Made by a program: the position numbers and the translations under genes
DNA from: Phoronis australis
Taxonomy: Eukaryota; Animalia; Phoronida
Assembly (NCBI GenBank): GCA_002633005.1
Contig: NMRA01000090.1
Span: 571,986 to 635,985 of the forward strand
Reading direction: 5' to 3'
DNA length: 64,000 nucleotides
Notes under the pieces: model-generated
The model's input: only the letters and a program-made list of their open reading frames with translations
Databases searched by the model: none
Told to the model about the DNA's origin: nothing
In this document: piece by piece, positions 51,501 to 64,000 of the stretch
Position numbering within the stretch: the first letter of the stretch is position 1
Layout: the number at the start of each line of letters is the position of its first letter

Positions 51501-54500
51501 ATTCATATAACTTGCATATCAAATAATGCTTAAACACACCGCAATTTACTGGCAGAACTATCCGTTACGATTTCAGTAAATACCGAGTATAGCTCCACTT
51601 TTAAAAATAATGCACTTTGTCTTTCTGTGTTCATGGCAGGAAACTCGTTCAGAAATATTATTAACTATTCTTGAAACAAATTACCTGAATGTGTTCCATT
51701 GTAATGCTGACAATATGTTGATGGTCTTGCCACAGTGGCGGTCTGACAGACGCGGATGTCACGTGCGAGTTTACTTCGTGGGGATCGCCGTTCCTGGACA
51801 GAGCGACAGTAAATACGACAAAGTTATGGAGCGTGCCAAAATGTGCATCTTTCCAGCAAATCGCGATATCCAGATAAACCGTTCTGCTTTGCGTTATGAT
51901 ACAATAACACAACCGGACAATTTCCACAACGACAGATGTGTGCATACATAATTTAAAGGTTTAGGACAATTTATAGCTGTCATTACATGACTGACGAACA
52001 TACATAATCAACAAGTACAAGTAGTTGCTTGGCCGCGGAAAAAGCTTTAGATCTTTCTCACCAATAAGAAATAAACATAAGCCTGATGTTCACAGTTGTT
52101 TGCGACAAGAGTGCAGACGAACACTATACAAAATACTCGCGACATATATTATTACTTGACACACCTTGCCGCCCGGGCGGAAATATATATCAAAACAAAC
52201 GCGCGACATTAAAAATTTGATGAAGCACTTCCCGCTGCCCATCACTTAATAAGCAGAAAAGTGAATATTTCTGAGCGAATACTAGGTTTGGAAACACCTG
52301 TAGATAAAGCACGTTCTCAGTTTGTCACTAAAGAGTCATAATTTTTAACTACACTGTATTTATTGGTTTGTTTATTGAATTTTGCTTTTGCTGGTGCTAT
52401 ATGGCTGTGTAGGCCTGTCGCGAATGAATCTGTCAAGCCCCATGGATTTTTTGATTACCGTTTCAATAAATACCTCAGTAACTTGTTTTCTGTATTAAGC
52501 ACATGTAGAGTTCTATACATAACAGAGACCAGTGATGTTGGGCGAATCTTTCCGTCTGAAAGTAAATGACCATTTTAAGATCTACAAACTACACGTATTA
52601 CGTTAGTCTTCAAAAACACAAAGCGACTTGTTTGAATTCGAGATCTCGATTTAAGGTTTAGTAATCGAGTTTGGAGATGACTGCCTTAGCGTATCGCTGT
52701 GCAAGCTTTCATTCTCATGCACTGTGTGATACAAACAGTACATCACACTCAAGGTCTAATAGTGCGGTGATCTTTAGTCATTCCGATTGTCACACCAACA
52801 CACGTGTGCTTGTTTAAAAGTCAGATGCAAAATGCTAAAATCATGCTGGATGCCGTCGTATTTTACTTACCTTGGCCAACGAAGACCGTTGGCTGGAAAA
52901 CAACTCGACTTGCATCGTTTGTAATTTTCATAGTGAAGGGATTGGATTGGTTAGGGAGTTGTACTGCAAGAATTCCTGCAAAAAAGCAATGTATGTAGGT
53001 GGAATAGATCACGTATAGACTGTACGACATGTGTTGGTGGAGTGGGCCTGCTATAAAATTGTACAATGCACTGCGTCCACCCATCAGAAACATGTTTTGG
53101 CTACACGAGTAACTAAACCCGTATGTACTTGTGCAATTGAACGTGATTCAGCTTGTCAGATGAAGAGCAAAACAATGTTTTCTTTAAATAGTTTAACATT
53201 TTGATGAGTAAAGTGGACCTTAAGAGTCTTCATATTCGGGCCGACCTCACTTCAGTCCTCACTCGTACTTAGGTTCTCTGACTTTAATTCCTTTACAGTT
53301 GGTTTTCCGTCTGCCGAAAATAGGTAACTGCATCTGTTCGTCAGAAATCCTATTTCGTCAACTAGAGTTGAAATTCCCATCACATTTGGACTATCCTGAA
53401 ATGAAGTACAATAATAGTAGACACATTGGTTTTTTTATCTCCAGTTCAAATGCGGTAAAAAGTGGGACATTCTTGCTGTGTAACTGGTTACGTGTGTTGC
53501 GTACTCTTATGCTTTGTATCACGCAAACTCAAAGCTTAAAGTTTTACGTTGGTACACGTCAATACTTGCTGTCCTTCACATTGTTATCTGTCACCACTAG
53601 AGTGCTCAAAATGTCGAAACAAGATTACCTTCTGTATTTCCAGCCACTTTTCCTTGTGTTTCACATCCAGAATGATGCTTGTGATATCAACCAACAACTG
53701 ACTCAAACCTAACCAAGGATCACAAAGCACCGCCTCATCCATGGCGGTCATCCTGCTCAGCATGTCTTCCAGAATGGCTTTCACAGTCAGAACGTCGCCA
53801 TTGTGCCACACCAAGCTGGTGTTGGATACAAGTTGACGTGTTTCGGAGGAAAGTCTGACTATGTCTGTGATTGTTAACGTCTTCTCCTTCCGTAAAATCT
53901 AAAGAATCAAATGCAACAACCGGTGATAAATTGTTAATTAAACATGTAGCTAAAGCAAATTTAACATATGTCTTTGAAATAGTATCTTGTTCATCGCTGC
54001 TTTATAGGCGTATCCAATTAAGTAGTTAAATAACTGACGTATGGTATCGACATGTTATTGCAACTGTTACCGAACTCTTGTGAAGAGAGGACACAAAAGA
54101 CAAAAGCATGCGCTACAACATTCAGATTTTAAAACTATCTCGTTGCAAGGCATGTTTACCTCCCTGTGTATATCGTCGAGTTCAAACAGTCTACACTGCA
54201 CAATTTCACTCGACACCCACCGACCATCCGGTCCGCATTTGCTAATAATACCGCCCACGTGGCCATTTTTGCATTTATTCATTTCTGTACTGTGGTACCC
54301 CGTAGGCGCCAACGTAATATTACTAGGTCTGGTGGAACACGGAGTTTGACTGTCGTTAGTTGGATGAACGGAAGTAGTGGGGATATCTTGCACTGTTGAC
54401 GGAGTAGGCGACGTTAAGACAGTGGCCGCCATTGTTGTTTGACTATGGTTTGACTCATGGTTCCTCCATTTGGTAGACATGTAATATTCTGACGTTGAAG

Positions 54501-57500
54501 TACTCAGCTCCGATGGTGTAATGTGCTCGGAAGTTGAGAGATATTGAGACTTGGACTCTTTCTGCTGTGATGTAGAGTCTGGTAAAATTGTAGTTGTTCT
54601 TGACAACGCCATTGCACTGGGCATTTCATTAGTATTCAACTCCGTTGGTGAATGAGACGTGGGATCACTGTACGTGACTTGGGGCCCTATGAATATATGT
54701 CGACTTAAGTAGTCCGCAGATAATACCAAACAATGTCAAAGCGTAACAGTAATAATTGAAGTTGTTAATACAAAAAGCAACCTTATCGATGACAAGGTTC
54801 TGTATTTGAGATCAGATTCAAGGGGGATCAGAATCCCAGCGGCTGCAGTCCGACACTTCACTTTCATAACAAAAATCAATTTGAAAAGTCTCCGAGTGTT
54901 GCCTATTTAACTAATGAGGTCATTTGCTTCGATTTTGTAACTTCCACCAAAGGACTGGAGCCAACGTTTGGAATCGTTCATTTGTAACAAAATCACAGAC
55001 ATGCTAATACTGATTAATAACTTTAAGAAATCTGCCTACCCAATAACAGCAATCTGAAAACGCGGGTACATCCCTAAGCCCGATTGCGTCCCTTAAATTA
55101 TTGCTAGTTCATGTTTTAAACTATTAACATAACAACAGACGTTGTGCTTGTACTGTATTTATGATAATTTCATTCCACTGTCCTGTGACACTCAGTATGT
55201 CGCACCAGCCAAAGCGTACAAATAGGTAACAGCTCTAGAGAGCCTATTTTTATTGACTTCAATAAACTTTCAGTGTTTTTAAGATACTCACGCCTGGGTA
55301 GTTCACACAAAAAGTTGTATGGCATAGCACAGTTCTCGTCATACCAATTCTTTCCGTCTTGTTTAATTACAATCATGACACAGTCTTGCCCATTGCCATC
55401 TTTTGTAGAGTTTGGTCCCTGGTCGTTAACTGTCACAAAACAAACGGTATACTATGAAATTTTACAAACTAACACTGGTCTATATTTGCCTCTGGTACGT
55501 TTGGCAGTAAAGTTCCTTCATGACTGAGGAGTTCTACATTCTTGTAGTTTTATCAGAAATACAGAATTAATAACAATTCAGACGAACCAGCTTCACCTAA
55601 ACTACCAAAATCGTACTTTCGCAATAACATGTTGAATTTTGCTTCAAACTCAGGTGCAAGAAAAATGAAACTAAAAGGAACATGCCGCTCATGGTTTAAA
55701 TAAAGTTACTTCCTGTTTTAAGTCATTGACCGTGTGATAAATAATTAAATTAAATTTAAATGTCCTTGTTATATTCTATCACTGGAATGCACTATATTTC
55801 ACTATATCATCAGTGAGGCCTTTAGTGAAGCTCGATCCAGTTGTGTTCGTAATCACAACCCAACGTTAGGTGGCACTTATGGACTTCAACACGACACTTC
55901 GGCTAGATTCTACATAACTAAGTTGTGTTATTTCAAAGAGGTTTCTTCAAAAGGTGTTTTGCATTCTTGACGAGGGACTGCATATAGTTTGTTTTTCGGC
56001 ACTCGGAAACTCTGAAAAATATCAGTTCGAGCACCACTTTTAACAATTGAAGTTGTTTGTGCAGCAAGAAGCATATCCACTCTATGCCAATGCCATAAAA
56101 CACATTAACTAGACAAGCTCCTTGCTGAGCTGTCATACAGAGGTGGAGTGGTGTGGACTAATGCACAGACAACTCACGAAAGAGCATGCCTAACCATCAA
56201 CTTACCCGTGAAAGTAAAAGCGCACCAACGATGAACCTTTAATGGGAATGCTTTTAAGCATTCGCTAAAAGTGATTTACTTTTATAATTGATGAAATAAA
56301 GTATAGTAAAAGTAGTGTGCAAAAACAGTCTCTTGTTAGTGATGGATTAGTTAAATTTACACTGAAAAAATCACGTTGTACCAATTTCAATGTATTGTTA
56401 TTAACATGCAAATTGGATTGGTCAGTTGCCAAAAATGAGCTGTTACAACTGAACACGAACGTTATTTAATATGTGGCCAATATTCATCTCTAGTAGTGTG
56501 ATCGGCTTTAATTTCATTGCAAGTATAACGCATCAAAACGCCATCACAAAACCACAGCTCATTGACAGACACAGTGTAAATGCAAGTCTGGATATGTATA
56601 TTTTCATTCTAAACTTATCGTAGGTTTTGTTGATAACCATTGCCTGGCAAAAGTCCCGGGAGGATCACTAGAGCTGCCCATAAGGCAACGCTGGTGAACC
56701 AACCACAGTCTGCATGTGCTGTACTCTTCACGATATATGCGGAATGCCCGTTTCACGCCCATACCCCAAGCGCCATTGTACGTGTTCCTCAGTCCATTCG
56801 GATACGTGTATCGACCCTCTTCTATTCTGTCATTCAATCCGAACCAGGCCTCCCTGTAATATAAATATGAAGTATTTAACAATCGTGCGTATATATATAC
56901 ATGTACAGACAGGTTTCAAAGATTCAAGCTACTTGTCGACAGACGTACGTCCAGGCAGACGACCACTTCAAGTAGGCTAACGGCTGGCAAACAGAACTGC
57001 CACAGAAATGATAATGATATCAAACACTGGTGACTCTCACTTTCAAGCATGGGTGCACGAGCCCCCCCCCCACCAATTTGGCGAATTGGGCAAAAAGGTC
57101 TGCCTCAGTAAAACAAAAAGTCTGAGTAAAGGAGACAAAAGACCACTAAGTCCACAGGACTTCGGCGCGGGTGCACGATTGGCAGGTCTGAACTTACTGG
57201 CCCCGATTTTTAGTCCCCGTTGATTGTTTTTCAGTAAAACGTCCGCATACCGAAGAATTCGAGCCCCCCGACGTTTTAGGCAGGGTGCGCGCATGTCAAG
57301 TGCAATTGACTTGAGCACAATATATATACTGAGAATATTCTGATTTTGTTTTCTTAAGACAAGATTTTTAAAGTGGTTACAAATCTGCATTCCCTTGAAA
57401 AAGCGAATTTTTCATTTAGCCCACTTACCGTTATATAATTGGTCCCAGTTTGTTCCTTATTCAGATAAGAATTGCTTTCAGAGCTTGAAAAAATCACAAC

Positions 57501-59522
57501 CAATAATTTTTTGACTAAGACCAATGTCAGCGCGTAAAATGACAAGCTGTGACAAACGGCAATTAGACGAACTTGGTATGAAGCAACAACAAACGATCAT
57601 TTTTTCGAACTCGTGGAATCGCCTTCAGTTGAACTACAGAACTAATCTAGACCAAGTGATCTATTTCTAATGTTGCTTTTTGTGTTTATAGTCCTGATTT
57701 CTGAAATCATCTCAGAATTGCACGTAAATGTGATCCTATTTTGTTAAAGTTATTATCAACTAATAACGTACCAATCCCGTAGGTATCACGCCCATACACG
57801 GCGTTTCCTTGAGATCCTTCTATCCACAGTCTTTGCTCATTCTCTTTAGTTAACATACAACATATGTACAAGCACTTTTCTGAGACTCCGTAGCCGAAAC
57901 AGGCAAGTGTTGAATAAAATCAGTATGAAAGAATGACTGCTACCTGCACAAACTTTCACATAAATGTGCATCCAGGGGGGATCCAGGATTTTGAGTTAGG
58001 AGCGAGCAGGGCAGAGTACGAACCAGGGTTTTGCCATCAGATATTCGCACCCCTAAACTCCCAAATGGAATCTGACATAATGTTAGGGGGTCATGGCCCT
58101 CTTGCTTCTCTCAAACGCTAAATACACCACTTGCATCTATATTTCAAGCTCAGAACTTTGAGTTTTATAACTACAAATACATGTATTAAGGGTCATTTGA
58201 ATATAATGCCGGGTTTGTGCGTATGACTGAACATTTGAGTACATTAAAAGTATTGGCGACAGGAAAGGCGAAGAGGCTAGTTCTGCGAATTAACACTTAA
58301 CTGTCTTGTGATTAAGCGATGTGACTGAGGGGATTTTTAGCTCTCCAATGGCTAGCCGTGCTTAGAAAGAAAACCCTAACAGTTTTTTTTAGAAAGTTTA
58401 CATGTATTGTGCGGGTAAGAAACATTGACTAAAACGAATCTTTGACTTAACTCACTCCACATCCTCGTTCAATGCAAGAACCTCAGCAATAAACTTTTGA
58501 GTCTGGGCGCTTTCGATAAATGCAAGATCTCCACCATCTTTCCGACAGCGATCGCGTGCTTGCAGCCATGGTCTTTGATCGTTCGTGCCACCAAATAGCT
58601 TAATGCATCTGTCTTGATGTTGTCTGTAGCCACCTTTACATTTTAACTTGGCTGAATACAAACATCGTTCAAATGAAGAAATATTTCATTTTACATACAT
58701 GTACATTTAAGAATTAAATGCTTTATTCAGTTGTATGCTTTATGCCGACTATTTTCTTAACCGGTGTGCAGGCATAGCCGTATTTGGACTATGGTGTGTC
58801 GTTTGGGAGGCAGAAGACATAAATTTGCCCGAATTTTATCAGTCCGTGCCAAAATACTGGGAAACATCGATTTCTTAATCAGGAAGATAAGAATTAGTGG
58901 CACAAAACACCAAGTGTATTGTGAGAAATACCAGAATAGACTATGCTTTTGAAAATCGAAAATATTCAAATGAAAATATTCAATACCAATGGTAACTACA
59001 TGGAATAATAAAAATGCGTCAGCTACACTTGTGCCATCAACTTCACAACGCCAACAGTGGAGCCCAAAAAAGGCAGAAATCATAGCACATATGTGTGTTT
59101 CAATAAATTTAAAGCGCGATTTAATTGAGAAAATATAGACATTTGCTCAAGTCTTAAATTTTCAGAGAAATGAATTCTCATTCTTCGATGCGTCATTAAA
59201 GAGTTCCTTTAGTCTGAGACGAGCTCATAATAAAGATAAAGTGATAGAAAATAAAACATTTTTATTAACAAACATATAAACACGTAGATCGTTTAGGAAA
59301 CTTAGTTCAGTCCCTAACTGGTACCAAGCACTTGAGCCCAAAATTTCGTATATAGATTTACACGTTTCTATTTGATTTCTGTGTGAGTTTGCTGATAACT
59401 GTTGCGATTGACAGCGGTGCAAGTTGTTACTTCTTCACCCACGGCCATATTGAAGCACATGACTTTATACGTCACTCACCAGAGTCAATGATCATCAAAG
59501 CACTCAGCTGCAACACAATTAC
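42546..59522 (-). CDS. Adhesion GPCR: C-type lectin, Ser/Thr stalk, HormR, GAIN/GPS and 7TM (at least 924 aa over these 19 exons; start exon listed separately)
   Basis: Phase-consistent GT-AG exons on -: 59480-59522, 58456-58651, 56765-56853, 55292-55429, 54160-54686, 53629-53898, 53269(or 53263)-53395, 52871-52975, 52474-52555, 51685-51793, 51404-51453, 51049-51175, 49525-49628, 49283-49385, 48013-48163, 47707-47773, 47333-47485, 45559-45685 and 42546-42752. Motifs: [92 protein letters not shown]. Confidence 0.92.
43078..43146 (-). mobile_element. tRNA-derived SINE-like head, not a functional tRNA
   Basis: The minus strand has an A-box TGGTGTAGTGG and a B-box GGTTCGAAA, with imperfect cloverleaf stems. 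It lies in the ~770-bp insertion that is absent from the homologous segment at ~26900. Confidence 0.6.
45198..45268 (-). mobile_element. tRNA-derived SINE-like head
   Basis: Minus strand TAGGCCAGTGGTAAAAGCACTGG...GGTTCGATTCTC contains A and B boxes. Confidence 0.55.
57045..57295. mobile_element. MITE of the same family as 37035-37289
   Basis: Shared CGAGCCCCCC..ATTTGGC.AA.TGGGC and terminal TTCGAGCCCCCC..GGGTGCGCGCATG. Confidence 0.65.
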
Positions 59523-60484
59523 CTGTCAAGTATAAAAGGGTTACATTAAATAATTAACGTAGATAAAAATAAACTACAAATTAAGCACCATTAATCTTTG
59601 TCTACGCTCATCTTTGATAATTGGTATACTCCACTTACAACGGTGAAATTGATTTCTTGTTCTGTAAACTGGACTTAAATATGTAGGTTCATAAAATCAC
59701 ACCCAGTGCATTGATAGAGGCAGCGCAGTTTTGTTTGTCACCGCAAATAGTTATATCTGCATTTCGCTCTCTCCAACTGTCTACAAACGAAACTTAGGGT
59801 TTTATTTATTGTTATCAGTCCCGCAATATTCGTTACCACGTTAGCAATTCACTTCGTTTACTGACAAGAACATTGGAACTATCAGCGACCCAAGAAAACA
59901 TTTCAGGGATTGGCCTGCGAACTTCAAAATAGCTTATGCACGCATCGCCTGTGCCTTGAGTTGCTAATAATAACCGAATCCTATCGTGGTAAAGAGTACT
60001 ATGAGACCAATTTTAAGATAGTAAATGTCTCAAACCAATAGTCGTAACTTAGGCAACTAAACGGGATGAAATGCCTACTTATTTTTGAAATATACGGCTG
60101 GACATGGGTAGTGGCTAAGTTGATTGGGAGAAGGCACGGAAACGCTTAATGAAAAATCATAAACGGAGGAGATCTAACCAATGCACTTGGGCTTACAGAA
60201 TAAAAGAGTCTTACATTGAGCTAATGCGCACTTATATTCCTTTCCGTATGGTACATGACATTATAAATTGCTGCAGGGATGTGTACAAAACTTCAGTGAA
60301 TAAAGAACGTCCTGCTCAAGAAATTCTTACATTAATAAGACAAGTCGTTGAACTAACACAATGACTAATTGGAGATAAGTCATTCAATTGGTTTTGTTAC
60401 TAATTGCGATTACATTGAAGGTGGTCTGTTGTACATAGAAAAACTTACCACCGACACGCTGACGAACACCGACATCACTTGTAC

Positions 60485-60601
60485 CTGGAACAAAAGGAAG
60501 TCTGAGTCAAGAAAAAGGAACCGACTATGCTTATTCTCTCCAAATGGATCGACCGTCGATGAACCACAACCGTAACCAATATGTTTGGTTTCCTTCATAG
60601 A
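60485..60601 (-). CDS. Candidate 5' exon of the adhesion GPCR (phase 0/0, own ATG at 60598)
   Basis: Strong acceptor CTTTTTATTTTCTTGTCAG and donor CAG/GTACAA; in frame with 59480-59522. Confidence 0.4.
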
Positions 60602-61050
60602 CTGACAAGAAAATAAAAAGGGACTATCACGAGCAATACATACACGTAGCTTACTTTATGGATCAGCTAGATAAATACGACCTGAAGGGTGTTATCGTCC
60701 AGTTTTCGCAATAATTAGCCTATCGTTTTAACGCGTAAACAAAATGTATCATAATGAGGTCTGACGCACATACCAACTAAATTCACGTGCACTCCTTTGT
60801 GTTTATGGACTCCGTAAAGAACTGTTTTCCACGTTTCTAGTTACTGCTTCAATGCCTGTCAAGTGGACAGATGCATTAACGTGGTCCATGTTTTGACAGA
60901 TTATCAGCCAAGTTTATGTTGTTTTCATTAATAAACAGGGATTAATTCTCTAGGCATAAACTTGCGATAAAATAAGACGAACGCATGACACGCACTCTAT
61001 CATAATCAACAACTTAGAACTAAAGCTTACCGCACTAGTGTCACAGATAC

Positions 61051-61107
61051 CTTGATGTATGTTATAAGCGGATGTAATTTTGTTCCAGAATGGTCATAGC
61101 CAGCCAT
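61051..61107 (-). CDS. Candidate first coding exon of the adhesion GPCR (MAGYDHSGTKLHPLITYIK)
   Basis: AAAATGG start context. Phase-0 donor AAG/GTATCT is in frame with the signal-peptide-like exon [16 protein letters not shown] second donor (GTAAGC) lies at 61030. Confidence 0.45.
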
Positions 61108-63659
61108 TTTGTGTAGGGTGCATAAGACACATAGTTGCTGTGGCTCACATCTTGACTGCATTTTTGGTGCGCACTATTTTATGATGTTTTGAAAAATTAA
61201 AGAGGTCTTGAACGTGATAATCAGACAAAATTGCAATATCGAAACTGGTTCTCCGCCACTGAAACAGAATCCACCCTGCTCACTAGGTATTCTTAGGGTT
61301 TGTTCGTAACGATTTCTAATTTCCCTGGATTACAGGGCACTTTAATTTAGTTTTAATTTGCAAAAGAACGAAAGATGTGTCAACTGCTCGTCAGTTTGTC
61401 GATTTTTCACCCACAAAGCAAAGCAAGTCACCTTATTTGGTATGGCAAGACATAGACCTAACACTTTTCCCTTATATGGAAAATGTGATCTTTGACATGC
61501 GCGCATTTATCATAATTGGGAGGGAGATTAGAAACTCTTTGGTAACCACTCAATTTTTCCTTCGCGCGTATTTCAAAATCGTGGATTTTATTTCATGTAG
61601 TGAGTAACCTAATGCTGAGTTACAAATAGCTCGTCGGCCATTAGCAACATTATACGTTGTATATGATTCACATAACTATACAAGACAGTCTATTCTTCGC
61701 AGCGTCACATATGGCATTCACAGCATTTTCATGGCTCGTCAGCCGGTATTGGTAGTATATAACGTGCCCGAATTTGGAGAGCCACTTATCTCCAGTGAAT
61801 AACGGGCATCAGCTGATTCCCAAAGTACGGACACGTGATATTCGACTATTACCCATCAACCTGTAAAATGTATTTCTTTATTTTTTACCTGTCTGTCACA
61901 CAACAATTTTTAGTAAAGTTTTGTAAACAAGAAAGGTACATTGATAACAGCAGCGGTATCAATGGCATGGTCGATTCGTTTGATATTCATTTGCAAGATG
62001 AAATATCAAAATCGTTGCTACAGTTTTGTAAATTATCAATTCGTTTTCGTGTTTTGCTTCGTTTGAGTTGTTCGGGAAAATTGTAAAAGTCCTATTTTGA
62101 TGCAAATATTGAACATTTCAAAAAATTATTTTTAACAGCATTTTAAAAATCCGTGCATAAAGCGTAGTGTGTGGAACTTAATGGAATTAACTAAATTAGG
62201 GTTTTACATAATATTGATCATTTTACTCTGATCTCATACCTACTATAGTATTCAATTCCATGACCAGCTCAAGTCAGAGCATCGCGTACATTTTTTGAAA
62301 TGTCCATAAACTCCGAAACGTTTTGAGAAACATTGGTGGTTTCGTTACTCTTGTTGGTAGCGAAAAGAGAATTCTGTCACGGTAAGGAATGTTATGAAGA
62401 TCAATGAGAACTCGAGAACGGAAGATGCCCGTCCCTTATAAAAATATATACAAATTCATGATCGGATGAATAAACGCCTCGATCAACCATAGACTATTAC
62501 CGAGTATCTACTGGAGAACAAACAAAAAGTGAAAGAAAACACCTCCATATTGGTTCACAAATATGTCTTATTTTTTTACTTTATAATACTTGATGTGAAT
62601 TAACAATTAAACATGGAACATAGGCGGGTGTCAGCGTGACGTATCGACACGTGACCTACAACTGAGAAGCCAGGAACTTAACACTAGACAACTAGTGAAC
62701 ACAGAGAGAGACTTGGCAAAGGTAACTTGATAATAAGCGTGACCTAACTGCGTTTATCGGAACTGTCCGTTCCTCGTTGTTCATTAAGTTACTTGTCACG
62801 GCGGGTTAGTTTCAGTTTCTGAAGAAGGACGGTATTTAGGGGAATTCCAGGCGTTTTACAATGACCATTTCGATTTCCAACAGAACATGTAAATGCATAT
62901 GAAGAGCAGTACACCTGTGGAGATTAGTTATTTTATACAACAACATCGGGACTCTCCAATGTCTGTGCTCGACATTCGATTAGAAATTTGACCAAATGCA
63001 TGTTACGCTTCGACTCAGTTGATACATTTGTACTGAAATCATAAGTTGCGACTTGTTAAATTTCGAACCTGAATTTGAGAACAGACATAGCAGATATGAA
63101 ATAATTTACAGCAGATTTCACAGCTACGGTACAGAGAATGGTGAAGATTAATCCGGTGCTGGGGTAACAACACGGTGTATAGCGGCTTTAAGCAAACGTT
63201 TAATGTATCTGAACTAAAAAATCACCTACAATAATGCAGATAAATGACAACGTAACTGGCACTGCCTCCAGTCTTTGTGTTATAGCACCTGTTAACTGTT
63301 GTCACGATTCCCACCCAATGAAAGTTGTCCAAAAACAACAAAAAGGAATCTGTATTGCTGTATATACATGGTCGTCTAACAACAACAACTATCAGCTGAC
63401 AGAATTCATGTTTTTATGTAAAACCTAATTTATATTGTTGTTACATTTAACTAGACAACACAATCCGAAAATAACTTAGATCGACAATCTTCAGTAATGC
63501 ACAGGATATCCTCCATTCACACAACTCTGGCTTCGCCACCTTTGGTCTGTGTCGAGGAAACTAATGGATGACAGATGGATGTTTTCTGTGGATTTTTGTC
63601 ACACAAGACACAGAGCTCTGCAAAAGTATTGCAGCACCTCTTGACTGTTCTCTTCACTG

Positions 63660-63805
63660 TCAATGGGATGATGGCGATGATATTGCTGACCACGGCACTT
63701 GGCCAAATACACTCATGTTTTCAGAGAGACAGGAACTTCGTCTTCTGCTTGGAACTTTCACCTCACTATCGAACTTCCTTGGCACCATGTTGCTGGGAGA
63801 GTCCC
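63660..63805 (-). CDS. Possible terminal exon of a neighbouring gene extending beyond the window
   Basis: Acceptor CATTTCAG, then DSPSNMVPRKFDSEVKVPSRRRSSCLSENMSVFGQVPWSAISSPSSH*, which is Ser-rich and tail-like. No family recognised. Confidence 0.2.
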
Positions 63806-64000
63806 CTGAAATGAGTCGAGCCTATCTTATCACCATAACAATTGGGATTTTGTCATCTTTGGCAGGCTGGCCCAGTGAAGTTGCAATCAACTGGATAACA
63901 CTTGAAAATGGCAGTTGCGATACAAGTAACACACTGTTTCAAAATGGCTGAAAATCTGACGATGAAGAACGTTTAGTGCCCAAGGTAATTCCTATGACTG

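Noticed and set aside
63568-63951. 127-aa plus-strand ORF as a gene
   Set aside because: No recognisable domain or splice context; it may be the antisense shadow of a minus-strand exon

Overview
Eukaryotic genomic DNA, probably from a bilaterian invertebrate: AT-rich, GT-AG introns, dense short repeats, CTCF-like motifs. Genes were reconstructed by hand with splice-phase checks. (1) Two tandem, 5-exon GDAP1-like tail-anchored glutathione S-transferase genes lie on + (16354-25591 and 33597-39689). (2) A convergent adhesion GPCR of at least 19 exons lies on - (about 42546-61107): C-type lectin, Ser/Thr stalk, HormR, GAIN with intact HL/T GPS site, 7TM. (3) A candidate single-exon membrane protein of unrecognised family lies at 4342-4920. 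Mobile DNA includes a degraded CR1/L2-group LINE inside GDAP1-A intron 3, several MITE-like and tRNA-derived repeats, and a truncated APE-type non-LTR retroelement (about 10598-12350). The most striking signal is at the 5' end of that last element: it folds as a complete HDV-like self-cleaving ribozyme, followed by a densely structured leader. Other notable signals are a Zeta-class-like SSCS motif in both GDAP1-like proteins, a conserved RORE+Fox element upstream of both, and a micro-inversion in the duplicated block. No database searches or folding programs were run; repeat boundaries are approximate.
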